Assembly: GCA_018606645.1 (NCBI GenBank)
Contig: JAGVRI010000004.1
Span: forward strand, 142,625-206,624
Origin: Chloroflexota bacterium
GTDB lineage: Bacteria > Chloroflexota > Anaerolineae > JAAYZQ01
Direction of reading: 5' to 3'
DNA length: 64,000 nt
Shown: positions 1 to 12,401 of the stretch, in pieces
How positions within the stretch are numbered: the first letter of the stretch is position 1
Layout: each line of letters starts with the position of its first letter
The notes under the pieces: model-generated
Told to the model about the DNA's origin: nothing
Databases searched by the model: none
The model's input: only the letters and a program-made list of their open reading frames with translations
Translations under genes and position numbers: made by a program

Positions 1-1386
1 GGGTCCGAGAATCTGAATCCGACCAGTTTTCCTTCGGACGACAAGGCCGATGGCACGGCTGGCCGGCGCGGAGTGTACCTCATCACCGATGCACCGGGCG
101 TAGTGGACCGTGTGCGGGCCATCTTGGCTGCTGATTTCGACCCCGTCCACCATCTGGACCTGGTGACGTGTCAGGACGTGCCGACCTTATGTGCCGGTGT
201 CCCTCCCCCCACCGAGCCGAACTGGGTAAGCTATACAGTGGCCTTTACCGCCCCTTTGACTATCCAGGGCACCATGGCGTTCGAGGTTATCCAATCCCCG
301 GAAAATAGCCTGCGCACGGTCGATGGCTTGCTGGGGCTCATCGCACGGGCGGGTGAAGGGGATACGTTGCTGGTCGAACAGTTCTACGAGGCTGTCCATT
401 GGGGTCCAGGTACCGGGACGCCTGCCACCGACCCCAATCTGCGGCTCCAGGCCCTCCTGGAAGCTGCCCGCCGGGGAGCCACCGTCCGTATCCTGCTGGA
501 TAGCCACTTTGATCGGGATGGTGAAAATGCGGCAACCGTCGCCTACCTCACGGGCATCGCCCGGGCCGAAGGACTCGAACTGGAGGCTCGTTTGGGCGAT
601 CCCACTCACCTGGGCCTCCACAACAAGATGGTGCTGGCTGAAATAGAAGGCCGTGGCTATGTGCACGTCGGGAGCCTCAATGGGACGGAAATCTCGTTCA
701 AGGCTAATCGCGAACTCGCTTTGCAGGTGCAGTCGAATGAGGCGTATCAGTATCTCAAACAGGTCTTTGACTACGATTGGCGCACGTCCACCCCTCCACT
801 ATATCTGCCTCTCATTAGCAAGGGGCTTGTATCTCCCCAGCCGGCTCCCTATGCTTTGATCAGCGAAGCCTACTACGCGGTTAGCAAGGAGGACGAGTGG
901 GTAGAACTGGTCAACCCCACCAATGCAGCGGTTGACTTTTCCCTGTACAAGATCGGGGATGCACAGCACCGGAACGCATTTGAGGGGATGTACCGTTTCC
1001 CACCGGGGACGGTCCTGCAACCCCATCACACGCTGGTGATCGCCGCTTCGGCCAAAAGTTTCGGTCAGAATTACCCGGGACGGAAGCCGGATTTCGAAGT
1101 ATATGAAACCGATCCGACCGTGCCGACTCTGCTACCCTATTCGCTGTGGGGAACCGGCGATTGGCACCTGAGCAACACCGGAGACGAAATCATTCTCTTG
1201 GACGGCCACGACACACCGATCGATGTCCTGGTGTACGGAACCGGCTCTTTTCCAGGTGTGGTTCCCCACCCCGGGGTGACCGTGACTACCCACTCCCTGG
1301 AGCGCTTCCCGTACATGTTTGATACGGATGACTGCAGCCTCGACTTTCGCGATTGGCCCTTCCCCAATCCTGGAGTTCTGCCATAG
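1..1386 (+). CDS. Phospholipase D-family (HKD) protein with C-terminal lamin-tail domain; 5'-truncated by window
   Basis: Frame is open from base 1. HNKMVLAE...GSLNG is an HxK(x4)D/E-like motif. LISEAYY...EWVELVNPT...VDFSLYKIGD is LTD-like. Internal LYLPLISK motif. Confidence 0.8.
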   Translation, partial: GSENLNPTSFPSDDKADGTAGRRGVYLITDAPGVVDRVRAILAADFDPVHHLDLVTCQDVPTLCAGVPPPTEPNWVSYTVAFTAPLTIQGTMAFEVIQSPENSLRTVDGLLGLIARAGEGDTLLVEQFYEAVHWGPGTGTPATDPNLRLQALLEAARRGATVRILLDSHFDRDGENAATVAYLTGIARAEGLELEARLGDPTHLGLHNKMVLAEIEGRGYVHVGSLNGTEISFKANRELALQVQSNEAYQYLKQVFDYDWRTSTPPLYLPLISKGLVSPQPAPYALISEAYYAVSKEDEWVELVNPTNAAVDFSLYKIGDAQHRNAFEGMYRFPPGTVLQPHHTLVIAASAKSFGQNYPGRKPDFEVYETDPTVPTLLPYSLWGTGDWHLSNTGDEIILLDGHDTPIDVLVYGTGSFPGVVPHPGVTVTTHSLERFPYMFDTDDCSLDFRDWPFPNPGVLP

Positions 1387-1398
1387 GAGACAGGCAAT

Positions 1399-2823
1399 AT
1401 GACCCAAGATTCCACCAAGTCCGCTGAACGAGAAAAGCGATGGGCTGCCTTTAGTTCAGTGATCGCCGCCGTGTTCCTGACCTTGATGAAGCTCATCGTC
1501 GGTGTGTGGACCGGAAGTCTCGGAATCCTCGCCGAGGCGGCCCACTCAGGCCTCGATCTGGTCGCCGCCCTGATCACATTCTTTGCGGTGCGGCTCTCGG
1601 GTCAGCCCCCAGACCGAGAGCACCTGTATGGGCATGGCAAGGTTGAGAACCTCTCCGCCCTGGCGGAGACCCTGCTGCTCCTGCTCACCTGCGTATGGAT
1701 TATCTACGAAGCGATCCATCGCCTGTTTTTCAAGACGGTCGAGATCGAGGCCACTATCTGGGCGTTTGGGGTCATGGCTACGTCGATCGCAGTGGACATT
1801 TCCCGGTCTCGGATGCTGTACCGTGCCGCGCGCAAATATCATAGCCAGGCGCTAGAAGCAGATGCACTTCATTTTTCGACAGACATCTGGAGCTCGTCGG
1901 TCGTGATCGGGGGATTGGCGTTGGTGTGGTTGAGCGGGCGACTGGGATCCGAATGGGCCTGGCTGGTGAAAGGCGATGCGGTCGCCGCATTGGTGGTGGC
2001 GCTGATCGTCGTGTATGTCAGCCTCCGATTGGGCCGACGGGCCGTAGGCGCGCTCATCGACGAAGCGCCTTCTGGCTTGGCCGAGCAAATCGCCCTCGAG
2101 GCCGGTCAGACCCCCGGAGTACAGACAGTGGGACCGGTACGCGTTCGGCAGGCTGGTGCATCCTTGTTCGTCGATCTGACGGTGGACGTAGATCGCAGCG
2201 CCTCTCTGGAAGAGGCTCATCAAATCGCCACCAAAGTCGAGGATCGCGTGAGTTCCCTGGTCGGCAACGGAGACGTCGTCGTTCATGTGGATCCGGTACG
2301 GCGATCCGGGGAAAGCCTGCCCCAAACGGTGAGCGCCATCGCCGCCCGTTTGGGTCTCCGCACTCATTATGTCCATGCCCACGAGATCCGAGGCCGGTAC
2401 TTTGTCGACCTCCATATCGAAGTCCCGGCCGAGCTGACACTGGAACAGGCTCATGATCGGGTGAGCTATCTGGAGTCGGCGATTCTGAAAGAATTACCGC
2501 AAGTTCGAGACATCCACAGCCATATCGAGCCGATGGCCACGCCCATGCCGCCGGGCTCAACTCTCACCCCAGAAGCAGAAAAGGAACTCGGTGAACAAAT
2601 TGCGAATATTATTCGAGAGCTGCCGGCCATCCGCGGCTTTGATCAGCTCTATATCCGACCTGAGCCGGATGGCTATGATATCGCCCTCCACTGCCAGGCC
2701 GATCCCTCCCTCTCCGTTGCCGAGGCCCATCGCCTGGCCGACCAGATAGAAAAGCTGATCCAGAGGCGAATACCCGGGATCAGTCGGGTGCTGGTTCACG
2801 TGGAACCGGCTGGGAAAGATTAG
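1399..2823 (+). CDS. Cation diffusion facilitator with three tandem C-terminal dimerisation domains
   Basis: AEAAHSGLD, HLYGHGKVE and ADALHFSTD motifs; three repeats of AH...vE...vHvd/eP; AGGAG SD. Confidence 0.9.
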   Translation: MTQDSTKSAEREKRWAAFSSVIAAVFLTLMKLIVGVWTGSLGILAEAAHSGLDLVAALITFFAVRLSGQPPDREHLYGHGKVENLSALAETLLLLLTCVWIIYEAIHRLFFKTVEIEATIWAFGVMATSIAVDISRSRMLYRAARKYHSQALEADALHFSTDIWSSSVVIGGLALVWLSGRLGSEWAWLVKGDAVAALVVALIVVYVSLRLGRRAVGALIDEAPSGLAEQIALEAGQTPGVQTVGPVRVRQAGASLFVDLTVDVDRSASLEEAHQIATKVEDRVSSLVGNGDVVVHVDPVRRSGESLPQTVSAIAARLGLRTHYVHAHEIRGRYFVDLHIEVPAELTLEQAHDRVSYLESAILKELPQVRDIHSHIEPMATPMPPGSTLTPEAEKELGEQIANIIRELPAIRGFDQLYIRPEPDGYDIALHCQADPSLSVAEAHRLADQIEKLIQRRIPGISRVLVHVEPAGKD

Positions 2824-3535
2824 TAGCTACTATCTCCGGGAGTGCCGCGGGCGGTGCATCCCGTTGCAGGTCGTTCCAGACCCGGCGTAAGGATGTCCGA
2901 TCGGCAAAAGTCAGATAGACGGTCTCCACCGTTTCCTCGTCCGGGGCATAGATGACTTGAATACTGAGACGTGGGTGCCGTCCAAAATAGAGATAACCGA
3001 TGTCGAGCTTGCGGATCATCGTCGGCAGGAAAAAGATATACCACCAGCCCAGTTCCCATTCTGGCCAGTGCCCCAACCATAAGAAGCGGGAGGGGTGGAT
3101 ACGGCCCAGGACAATGTGCTCGCGCGTCCCTACCGTCTCAAAGTCGGCTTCCACATCCATGTAGTACTGATTCTTGCCCTCTACGGTGAACCAGCCGCTG
3201 GCCCGAACCGGGATCAACTCTTCGGTTCGCAGGGGCTGTTCAGCAACTCCAGGCATCAGGAAAGAACGGACATCCGAAACAGACGCAAAGGCCACATAGC
3301 GGCGTCGCTCTGCCCATCCCAAAATGAGAAGGTATAAAATCAGAGCAATTCCGATGAGGATGGCCGGCCAGGGAACCCACCACCAACGGATCAATGTGGC
3401 CAGCGCGGCGACCAGGAGGAGGGTGCCCAACCAGCGGGCGAGCGACCAACCCAGCCACAGGTGACGACGCAGGCGATATATGAACTGAAGGATTAACCCG
3501 GCGAGTGTCAAGATTTGGCGCTCCCCTGCGAACAT
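2780..3535 (-). CDS. Hypothetical membrane protein (two N-terminal TM helices)
   Basis: Start is ATG 3535 or TTG 3511 (GGGGAG SD). The longer ORF start at 3643 lies upstream of its own promoter. Confidence 0.65.
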   Translation of the reverse strand: MFAGERQILTLAGLILQFIYRLRRHLWLGWSLARWLGTLLLVAALATLIRWWWVPWPAILIGIALILYLLILGWAERRRYVAFASVSDVRSFLMPGVAEQPLRTEELIPVRASGWFTVEGKNQYYMDVEADFETVGTREHIVLGRIHPSRFLWLGHWPEWELGWWYIFFLPTMIRKLDIGYLYFGRHPRLSIQVIYAPDEETVETVYLTFADRTSLRRVWNDLQRDAPPAALPEIVATNLSQPVPREPAPD

Positions 3536-3544
3536 GCGGGCAGG

Positions 3545-3573
3545 AGTATAGCATAGCGCCTCAAGTCTGTCAA
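3545..3573 (-). promoter_or_regulatory. sigma70-type promoter
   Basis: TTGACA-N17-TATACT on the minus strand. Confidence 0.7.
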
Positions 3574-3891
3574 AAGAGTGGGTTTGGGGCTCAACTCTCC
3601 ATTTGCCCTTTTGCCTGTTTTCGGGTATAATAATCTCGGACACGACAGGGCCATGCGCCCTGGTCGTTGGATTATCGGCTGGTAGTGTAGAGAGGTGTCA
3701 GGTTTTCGGTGGACGGACAGCCAATTGTTCAGCTTTTGGTGACTCAGTACCCAGGTCAACCGTGCCTGCTATCCGACGCGAGGTCTGGATAGTTTCTGGG
3801 TTTCGATCTATCCAACGGGCCAGTTCTCCAGACCGGTGCGGGAGCTGGCCCGTTGTGATCCGGGCCGGTATGATCTCTGGCTTATAGAGCA

Positions 3892-6022
<2,131 letters not shown>

Positions 6023-6052
6023 TCATCAGATTCTGACGTCGGCGGTGGCTCC

Positions 6053-7870
6053 ATGCGACGAAGCATGTCCATATCGCCGCCCCAGGGCGGTTCTATTGCG
6101 GAACAGGAATTAGTCAGCTCCCTATCCTGGCTGATTACTCTGCGGTGGCTGGGTGGAATCGGGGTCCTGCTCGGTACCTGGTTCTCCAGGGGGTTCCTGG
6201 GCATCGAGTTGCCCCCTCTGCCCTTATCCCTTCTGGGAGTGGCAATTCTAGTCTACAATACTATCTTCCTCCGAGTCCTTCATCATCTTGCCAGTCAATT
6301 TCCTCGTTCCAAGGCCACGGACCAATGGTTTGCCCGTGTCCAGATCGGGATGGATTGGATGGCCATCGCTGTCCTGATCCACTATACGGGTGGGATTGAG
6401 AGCCCTGCCCTCTTTTTCTTCTTGCTCCATATTATCATCGCCTCCCTGCTGCTCCCTCATGACCGAGGCTTCCTCTATGTGGCTCTGGCCCCAGTTCTGG
6501 TCGGTGGGGTGGCTTGTCTCGAGTATTGGGGGGTACTGCCCCACCATTCACTATTTGGAGACAGCCGGTATGACAACCTTCTCTACATTTTCGGAGTTCT
6601 CTCCTTCTTCACGGCCACCTGTTACACCATGACCTATCTTTCGATGGCGATTTCTCGGCGTCTGCAGCGCCGGGAAGACGAATTGGCCGCTTTGTACCGC
6701 AGCGTGCAGACCATTTCCTCGACTCTCGAACTGTCGGACGTGCTTAACCGACTGGCTGAGGCGACGACAATGGCCTTGCGCTGCAAAGGGGCCGCGATCC
6801 GCCTGTTGGACAAAACAGGCAGTTATCTGGAAATGGCCGGGTCGTATGGCCTGAGCGAAGCATACAAGGATAAATCACCGATCGAGGTGGCCCGTTCTCG
6901 CATCGATCAAGAAGTCCTGTCCGGTCGGACTGTGCTGGTGGATGACACGACCCACGAGGACCGGCTGCGCTTTCCGGAGAAAGTGGCGGCGGAAGGGATC
7001 CATACCATCCTGACCGCTCCGCTGATGGGCAAGACCGGGCCGATCGGCGTGCTGCGAGCCTATGGCGGAGCCAACCATCGGTTCAGCCAGGACGATGCGG
7101 CATTTCTCAGCGCAATCGCCGCTCAGGGAGCGGTGGCCATTGAGAACGCCCAGGCCTACCGATTGCTGCAAGAGTTGGATGAAAACAAGTCGCAGTTTAT
7201 TCGAATGGTCACCCATGAGCTACGATCGCCGGTTCAGGTAGCGCTGAGCCTGCTCAACGTTCTGGAGCGAGGCTCCATCGGTCCATTAAATGAAAAGCAG
7301 AGTGAATTGGTCGCGCGTGGCCGGCGCCGCGTCGAATTCTTGCAGAGTCTGATCGATGACTTGCTCGAGTTGGCAGCCGGCAAGACGGGAGTGCTGGCCA
7401 CATCCGATCGGCATCTCGTTTCCCTGAATGCGGTCTGTCAGGAGATCAAGGCGATCTTTGAAGCACGGGCGCTGGAAAAAGGCCTGGTCCTGCGTTTGGA
7501 ATGCCCCGATGAGGAATTTCGCGTGTGGGGCGACCGGAAAGAGTTGGAACGGATCTTGAACAACCTGGTAGGGAATGCCATCAAGTACACGCTTCAGGGG
7601 GAGGTCTGTCTGCAGCTCCAGCGGGCCAATGGCTTTGTCCAGATCCAGGTCCGGGATACCGGTATTGGCATCCCACCAGAGGCACAGCCTTTTCTATTTC
7701 AGGAGTTCTTCCGGGCCAAAAACGCCAGACAACTGGAAGAGACCGGAACGGGGTTGGGGTTGTCCATCGTGAAAGACTTGGTGCAGCGCTATGGCGGCAC
7801 CATCCAGGTGTCCAGCGTAGAGGGCCAGGGCACCACTTTCACCGTTCTTTTGCCTCTCGCTCAGCCGTGA
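6053..7870 (+). CDS. Membrane sensor histidine kinase with GAF domain
   Basis: Multi-TM N-terminus, GAF domain, H-box THELRSP, N-box NLVGNAIKY, DTGIG and GTGLGL. Confidence 0.92.
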   Translation: MRRSMSISPPQGGSIAEQELVSSLSWLITLRWLGGIGVLLGTWFSRGFLGIELPPLPLSLLGVAILVYNTIFLRVLHHLASQFPRSKATDQWFARVQIGMDWMAIAVLIHYTGGIESPALFFFLLHIIIASLLLPHDRGFLYVALAPVLVGGVACLEYWGVLPHHSLFGDSRYDNLLYIFGVLSFFTATCYTMTYLSMAISRRLQRREDELAALYRSVQTISSTLELSDVLNRLAEATTMALRCKGAAIRLLDKTGSYLEMAGSYGLSEAYKDKSPIEVARSRIDQEVLSGRTVLVDDTTHEDRLRFPEKVAAEGIHTILTAPLMGKTGPIGVLRAYGGANHRFSQDDAAFLSAIAAQGAVAIENAQAYRLLQELDENKSQFIRMVTHELRSPVQVALSLLNVLERGSIGPLNEKQSELVARGRRRVEFLQSLIDDLLELAAGKTGVLATSDRHLVSLNAVCQEIKAIFEARALEKGLVLRLECPDEEFRVWGDRKELERILNNLVGNAIKYTLQGEVCLQLQRANGFVQIQVRDTGIGIPPEAQPFLFQEFFRAKNARQLEETGTGLGLSIVKDLVQRYGGTIQVSSVEGQGTTFTVLLPLAQP

Positions 7871-8015
7871 CCGGAGGATGTCCAAAGTACGAAGGTAATC
7901 GGGAGCAGCGCTGATTTTGCCGACCGGGTCTTTTCGCGTCCGTCATGATATGATATAATATGAGGCGGTTGTTGGGTTCTCCCTGTCGCCAGCGCGTCGG
8001 AGTGATTGAATCAGT

Positions 8016-8432
8016 ATGAGGAGAATGATGAGCACCAAGGGAGACATTCTGATCATTGACGACGATTCTGACCTCTGTGCAGCCATGCAGGCAGCCCTTC
8101 AAGCGGATGGGTTTCACGTGCGTTGCGCCTGCCAAGGGGATGTGGGCTTGCGGATGATGCGAGAACGGAAACCGGACCTGGTTTTTCTGGATATTATTAT
8201 GCGCCTGCCGGTGGAGGGTGTATGGGTCAGTGAAGAGATCTTTAAGGATCCAGAGTTGCGCCATGTACCGGTCGTCATTCTCACCTCAATTGTAGATTCG
8301 GAATACTCGGGTCATTTTCCCACAGACCGGCCGTTTTGGGCCCGGATGTTCCTGGACAAACCGGTGCCCATGAGCAAGATCATAGAGATTGCCAACCAAT
8401 TTGTCGGCAAGTCCGACTCGTCAGCCTCCTGA
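8016..8432 (+). CDS. Single-domain response regulator receiver
   Basis: IIDDD, FLDIIM, LTS and DKP motifs. Confidence 0.88.
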   Translation: MRRMMSTKGDILIIDDDSDLCAAMQAALQADGFHVRCACQGDVGLRMMRERKPDLVFLDIIMRLPVEGVWVSEEIFKDPELRHVPVVILTSIVDSEYSGHFPTDRPFWARMFLDKPVPMSKIIEIANQFVGKSDSSAS

Positions 8433-8439
8433 GCCGCGA

Positions 8440-9822
8440 GTGACCGACCCCGTCCCTTTCGAAGCGGAGCTCTTTGAGCGGATTCACTGGTTGATCCGAT
8501 TGCGCTGGTTCGCCGTGCTGGGGACGGGGTTGGCCTTGCTGGTGGCCTGGCTTTGGTTCCCGGATGGGTTGCCCTGGCTTCCTTTGGCCAGCGTGACCGC
8601 AGCCATCGTATTATACAACACGCTGTTCTTGCGTTATGCCCACCGACTGGAACGGACGCATCCTGAGATACCCCGATTGCGGCAAGCAAGTCGGCTGGCC
8701 TTGACTCAGATCATCCTGGACTTTTTCGCGCTGGCGACGTTGATCCACTTCTCAGGAGGAGTCGAAAACCCGCTCGCTTTGTTCTTTGTCTTCCACACCA
8801 TTATTGCCAGTATTCTCTTGTCCCGACGGGCCAGTTACGGGCTGGCTATCCTTGGAAGCGCGCTGTTTGCAGCCATCGCCGGACTCGAGTATTGGCGCCT
8901 GGTACCGCATCATCATTTGCCCATTCTGGGTTCGATCGAGCTGTATCGCAATGGCCCTTATCTTCTCGTGGTTATTGGGGCCATGGCGATCACGTTGTGT
9001 CTTGTCGCGTATATGACCTCGTCCATTACCATCAGATTGCGGGAACGGGACCGGGCTCTAGTCGAAAGCAACCAGACCATCCTGGCCAAAAGTCAGGAGC
9101 TGACCGCAGCGAATGAACGCCTGAGGCAGATCGACGCCGAACGTACGCGGTTTATGGTGTTGGTCACCCATGAGTTGCGGGCGCCTATCAATACGATCTA
9201 CAGTTGCCTGGATGCCGTACTGACCGGTTCCATCCCCCCTGAGACCGGGCGCGATCTCCTGGAACGGGCCCGACAACGAGCCATCGAACTGACCGAGTTG
9301 GTGAGCGATCTGCTCCGCCTCACCCGGGTGCGTGAAGAAGCAGTCCGGCAGGAGGAACTTGGGTTAGTTCAGGTGGATGCGGAACTGAATCAAGTCGTGG
9401 AGCTAATGAAGGTCGAGGCGAACAAGAAGGGCCTGTCCTTGATCGTGGACGTTGAACCCGACCTGGCTCCGGTTCGAGCCAATGCCGAGCGCGTGAAAAT
9501 GATATGGACCAACCTGGTGAGCAACGCCATCCGATATAGCCAGCCGGGAGGCGTCATCACCGTGACGCTCAGACAGACCCCGACCCACCTGGTCGGGGCG
9601 GTACGTGATACCGGGATCGGTATCCCGGCGGAGGATCGGGGACGCATCTTTGAGGAGTTTTACCGGGCCGAGAACGCGCGTACGATGAGCCCCACCGGCA
9701 CGGGGGTGGGACTGGCGATTGTACGGCGGATTCTCGAGAACTATGGGGGGAGAATCGAAGTAGAGTCAGAGTTGGGCCAGGGCAGCACCTTCACCTTTTT
9801 TCTCCCCAAGGCCGACGGATAA
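8440..9822 (+). CDS. Membrane sensor histidine kinase
   Basis: TM region paralogous to 6053..7870; THELRAP, NLVSNAIRY, GTGVGL. Probable GTG start at 8440. Confidence 0.92.
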   Translation: MTDPVPFEAELFERIHWLIRLRWFAVLGTGLALLVAWLWFPDGLPWLPLASVTAAIVLYNTLFLRYAHRLERTHPEIPRLRQASRLALTQIILDFFALATLIHFSGGVENPLALFFVFHTIIASILLSRRASYGLAILGSALFAAIAGLEYWRLVPHHHLPILGSIELYRNGPYLLVVIGAMAITLCLVAYMTSSITIRLRERDRALVESNQTILAKSQELTAANERLRQIDAERTRFMVLVTHELRAPINTIYSCLDAVLTGSIPPETGRDLLERARQRAIELTELVSDLLRLTRVREEAVRQEELGLVQVDAELNQVVELMKVEANKKGLSLIVDVEPDLAPVRANAERVKMIWTNLVSNAIRYSQPGGVITVTLRQTPTHLVGAVRDTGIGIPAEDRGRIFEEFYRAENARTMSPTGTGVGLAIVRRILENYGGRIEVESELGQGSTFTFFLPKADG

Positions 9823-9957
9823 CTCTCCGTTTCTTTCGGCCTCTGACCACCTACCGACCCAGATGATAGCGGGTCGCTTGCCCCGATCAACGATTCCCTT
9901 CTGAATCGTACCCGGGAGCGTTTCTCGGAGAGGTTGCCTGGGGTTGCCGGCGAGAGG

Positions 9958-9983
9958 GGAACCCCACGCACCGTTCTAACGTC
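9958..9983 (+). promoter_or_regulatory. Possible ECF-sigma promoter
   Basis: GGAAC-N17-CGTC upstream of the VIT/vWA gene. Confidence 0.4.
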
Positions 9984-10029
9984 CTCTACATAGGCATGAC
10001 GGTTCATGACCAGGGAAGGGGGTTACGAG

Positions 10030-12363
10030 ATGAATACCAAGGGAAGGTCTCTCTTGTTTGGGTCTCTCATCGCTCTGGCTTTGTTCCTGATTCCGGTCGC
10101 TCCGGTTCTGGCCGACGGGATCATCATCCCTGTACCGCCTCCTCCCATCCCTATTGTAGATGTGCCGTACCTGACGGTCAAATACCATCGGGTGACGGTC
10201 ACCATTGAAGATCAGGTCGCCACTACCCACGTCGATCAGGTCTTTGTCAACGAGGGCCGTTTTGAGGTGGAGGGAACCTATCTGTTTCCACTGCCTGAAG
10301 AGGCGGCCATCTCCGAGTTTACGATGTGGGTCGATGGCGAGAAGCTGGAGGGTCAGGTGCTGGAGCGGGACGAGGCGCGCCGCATCTATGAGGACATTGT
10401 CCGAAAACGGCGTGATCCGGCATTGTTGGAGTATGTAGGGCGCAATGCCTTCCAAGCCAGCATCTATCCCATCCCTCCAGGTGGCGAGCGTCGGATCGAG
10501 CTGGAGTACAGCCAGGTGCTCCCCATGGATCTTGGTCTGATCGAGTACGTCTATCCCCTCAACACCGAAAAATTCTCGCCTCGCCCATTGGAGGAAGTGA
10601 TGATCCAGGTGACAGTGCGCAGCCGGGAACCGCTAAAGGCGATCTATAGCCCCACTCATCAAGTCGAAATCGTACGCCAAGGCGACCGGCAAGCTGTGGT
10701 GGGGTACGAAGAATATGATGTCAAACCCGATCGGGACTTTGTGCTCTACTACACCGTCTCCCCTGAAGATGTAGATGTTCACCTTCTCAGCTACAGGCCA
10801 GAGGCTCGGGGAGAAGGGTTTTTCCTGCTCCTGGTGGCGCCCAAGGTCGAGGCCGAGACACATGAGGTAATCGCCAAAGATGTGATCCTGGTCCTCGATG
10901 TCTCTGGCTCGATGCGCGGCGAAAAGATCCAGCAGGCCAAAGAGGCGCTCAACTTTGTCCTGGACAATTTGAACGAGAAGGACCGCTTTAACATCATTGC
11001 CTTTAGCACCAGCACACGGACCTACGCCCGGGAACTGGTGCCCGCCGAGGAACGGGGAGAAGCCCGCGATTTCGTCGCTCGTCTGGAGGCCAGCGGCTCG
11101 ACCGACATTAACCGTGCCTTGCTTGAAGCCTTGGCGATGGCCGATCCACAGCGACCGACTATCTTGATCTTTTTGACTGATGGCTTGCCCACGGTAGGCG
11201 AAGTGGATGTAGATCGGATCATCCAAAACGTTGGGGATGCCGCACCCTCCAACGTTCGCATCTTTCCATTTGGGGTTGGCTACGACGTGAACACCGTCCT
11301 TCTGGACACGATCGCCCAAAATCACCGGGGGGCCAGCGGTTATGTGCGCCCGGAAGAGGAGATCCAGGAAAAGGTTTCGGGCTTTTATGCTCAGGTCAGC
11401 GCCCCGTTACTGACCGACATCGAGGTTGATTTTGGTCGGCTAGAGGTGAACGACATATACCCATATCCGTTGCCCGATCTCTTTGCCGGAACGCAGTTGG
11501 TGGTGGTAGGACGATACCGGGATGGTGGAGAAACCACCCTCACCGTGCGCGGTCAGATCAACGGTCAGCCCCAGACCTTTCGGTATGAGGGAATCACCTT
11601 TCACGAGCAGGGGGGTGAGGAGTTCATTGCCCGTCTGTGGGCGACACGCAAGATCGGCTACCTGCTACAGCAGATCCGGCTCCATGGCGAAGATAAGGAG
11701 CTGATCGACGAAATTGTCGCCCTCTCCGTCCGCTATGGGATCATCACCCCCTATACGTCCTTCCTGGTTGAGGAGACCGAAATGGCCCTGCGCGATGCAG
11801 GACGGAGCGAGATCGTGGAGAATCTCCAGGCCACCGCCGTACCAGCCCCCGCGTCGGGTCGAGCAGCGGTGGAACGGAGCGCGGAGGAGCAAAAGCTCTT
11901 CCTGGCGCCGCAGGCAGCCGCACCGGCCCTGGTCCCGGGCCTGGGAGCCGCTGTCACCGATCAGTACGGCTACCCGATTAACCCGGTCAAGCATGTGGGG
12001 GACAAGACCTTTGTCCTCCATGAAGGGGTGTGGACCGATACCACCTTCGATCCCGACCAGATGACGCCCGTGCCCGTAAGCTTTGGCAGCGACGATTACT
12101 TTGCCCTGATCGCCGCCCGACCGGAATGGGGCCGCTACTTTGCTTTGGGCGATCGGGTGATTGTGGTCTTGGAAGGCACTGCCTACCAGGTCCGCGAAGG
12201 AGAGGCTCCACCCATTGAGTTGCCGGCTCCCAAGGAAACGCCGACGCCCGTGCCTACTTTGACTCCAGCGCCCATCGAGAACCCGCCCCGGAATGCCTTT
12301 GAAGCAATCGTCGAGGCGATCCTGGACCTCGTGGACAAGATCTTCAAGGCGTTTGCTCCATGA
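10030..12363 (+). CDS. Secreted VIT + vWA domain protein (inter-alpha-trypsin inhibitor-like)
   Basis: Signal peptide ending VLA-DG; VIT domain (FPLPEEAAISEF); MIDAS DVSGS and FLTDG; ARLWA; TPYTSFL. Confidence 0.9.
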   Translation: MNTKGRSLLFGSLIALALFLIPVAPVLADGIIIPVPPPPIPIVDVPYLTVKYHRVTVTIEDQVATTHVDQVFVNEGRFEVEGTYLFPLPEEAAISEFTMWVDGEKLEGQVLERDEARRIYEDIVRKRRDPALLEYVGRNAFQASIYPIPPGGERRIELEYSQVLPMDLGLIEYVYPLNTEKFSPRPLEEVMIQVTVRSREPLKAIYSPTHQVEIVRQGDRQAVVGYEEYDVKPDRDFVLYYTVSPEDVDVHLLSYRPEARGEGFFLLLVAPKVEAETHEVIAKDVILVLDVSGSMRGEKIQQAKEALNFVLDNLNEKDRFNIIAFSTSTRTYARELVPAEERGEARDFVARLEASGSTDINRALLEALAMADPQRPTILIFLTDGLPTVGEVDVDRIIQNVGDAAPSNVRIFPFGVGYDVNTVLLDTIAQNHRGASGYVRPEEEIQEKVSGFYAQVSAPLLTDIEVDFGRLEVNDIYPYPLPDLFAGTQLVVVGRYRDGGETTLTVRGQINGQPQTFRYEGITFHEQGGEEFIARLWATRKIGYLLQQIRLHGEDKELIDEIVALSVRYGIITPYTSFLVEETEMALRDAGRSEIVENLQATAVPAPASGRAAVERSAEEQKLFLAPQAAAPALVPGLGAAVTDQYGYPINPVKHVGDKTFVLHEGVWTDTTFDPDQMTPVPVSFGSDDYFALIAARPEWGRYFALGDRVIVVLEGTAYQVREGEAPPIELPAPKETPTPVPTLTPAPIENPPRNAFEAIVEAILDLVDKIFKAFAP

Positions 12364-12401
12364 AACGGGACCGGAGTGGAACGGGAAGGGGCGAAGACAG
12401 G

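Noticed and set aside
3635-3891. T-box riboswitch for proS
   Set aside because: No GGTGGnACC T-box/antiterminator or U-tailed terminator found.
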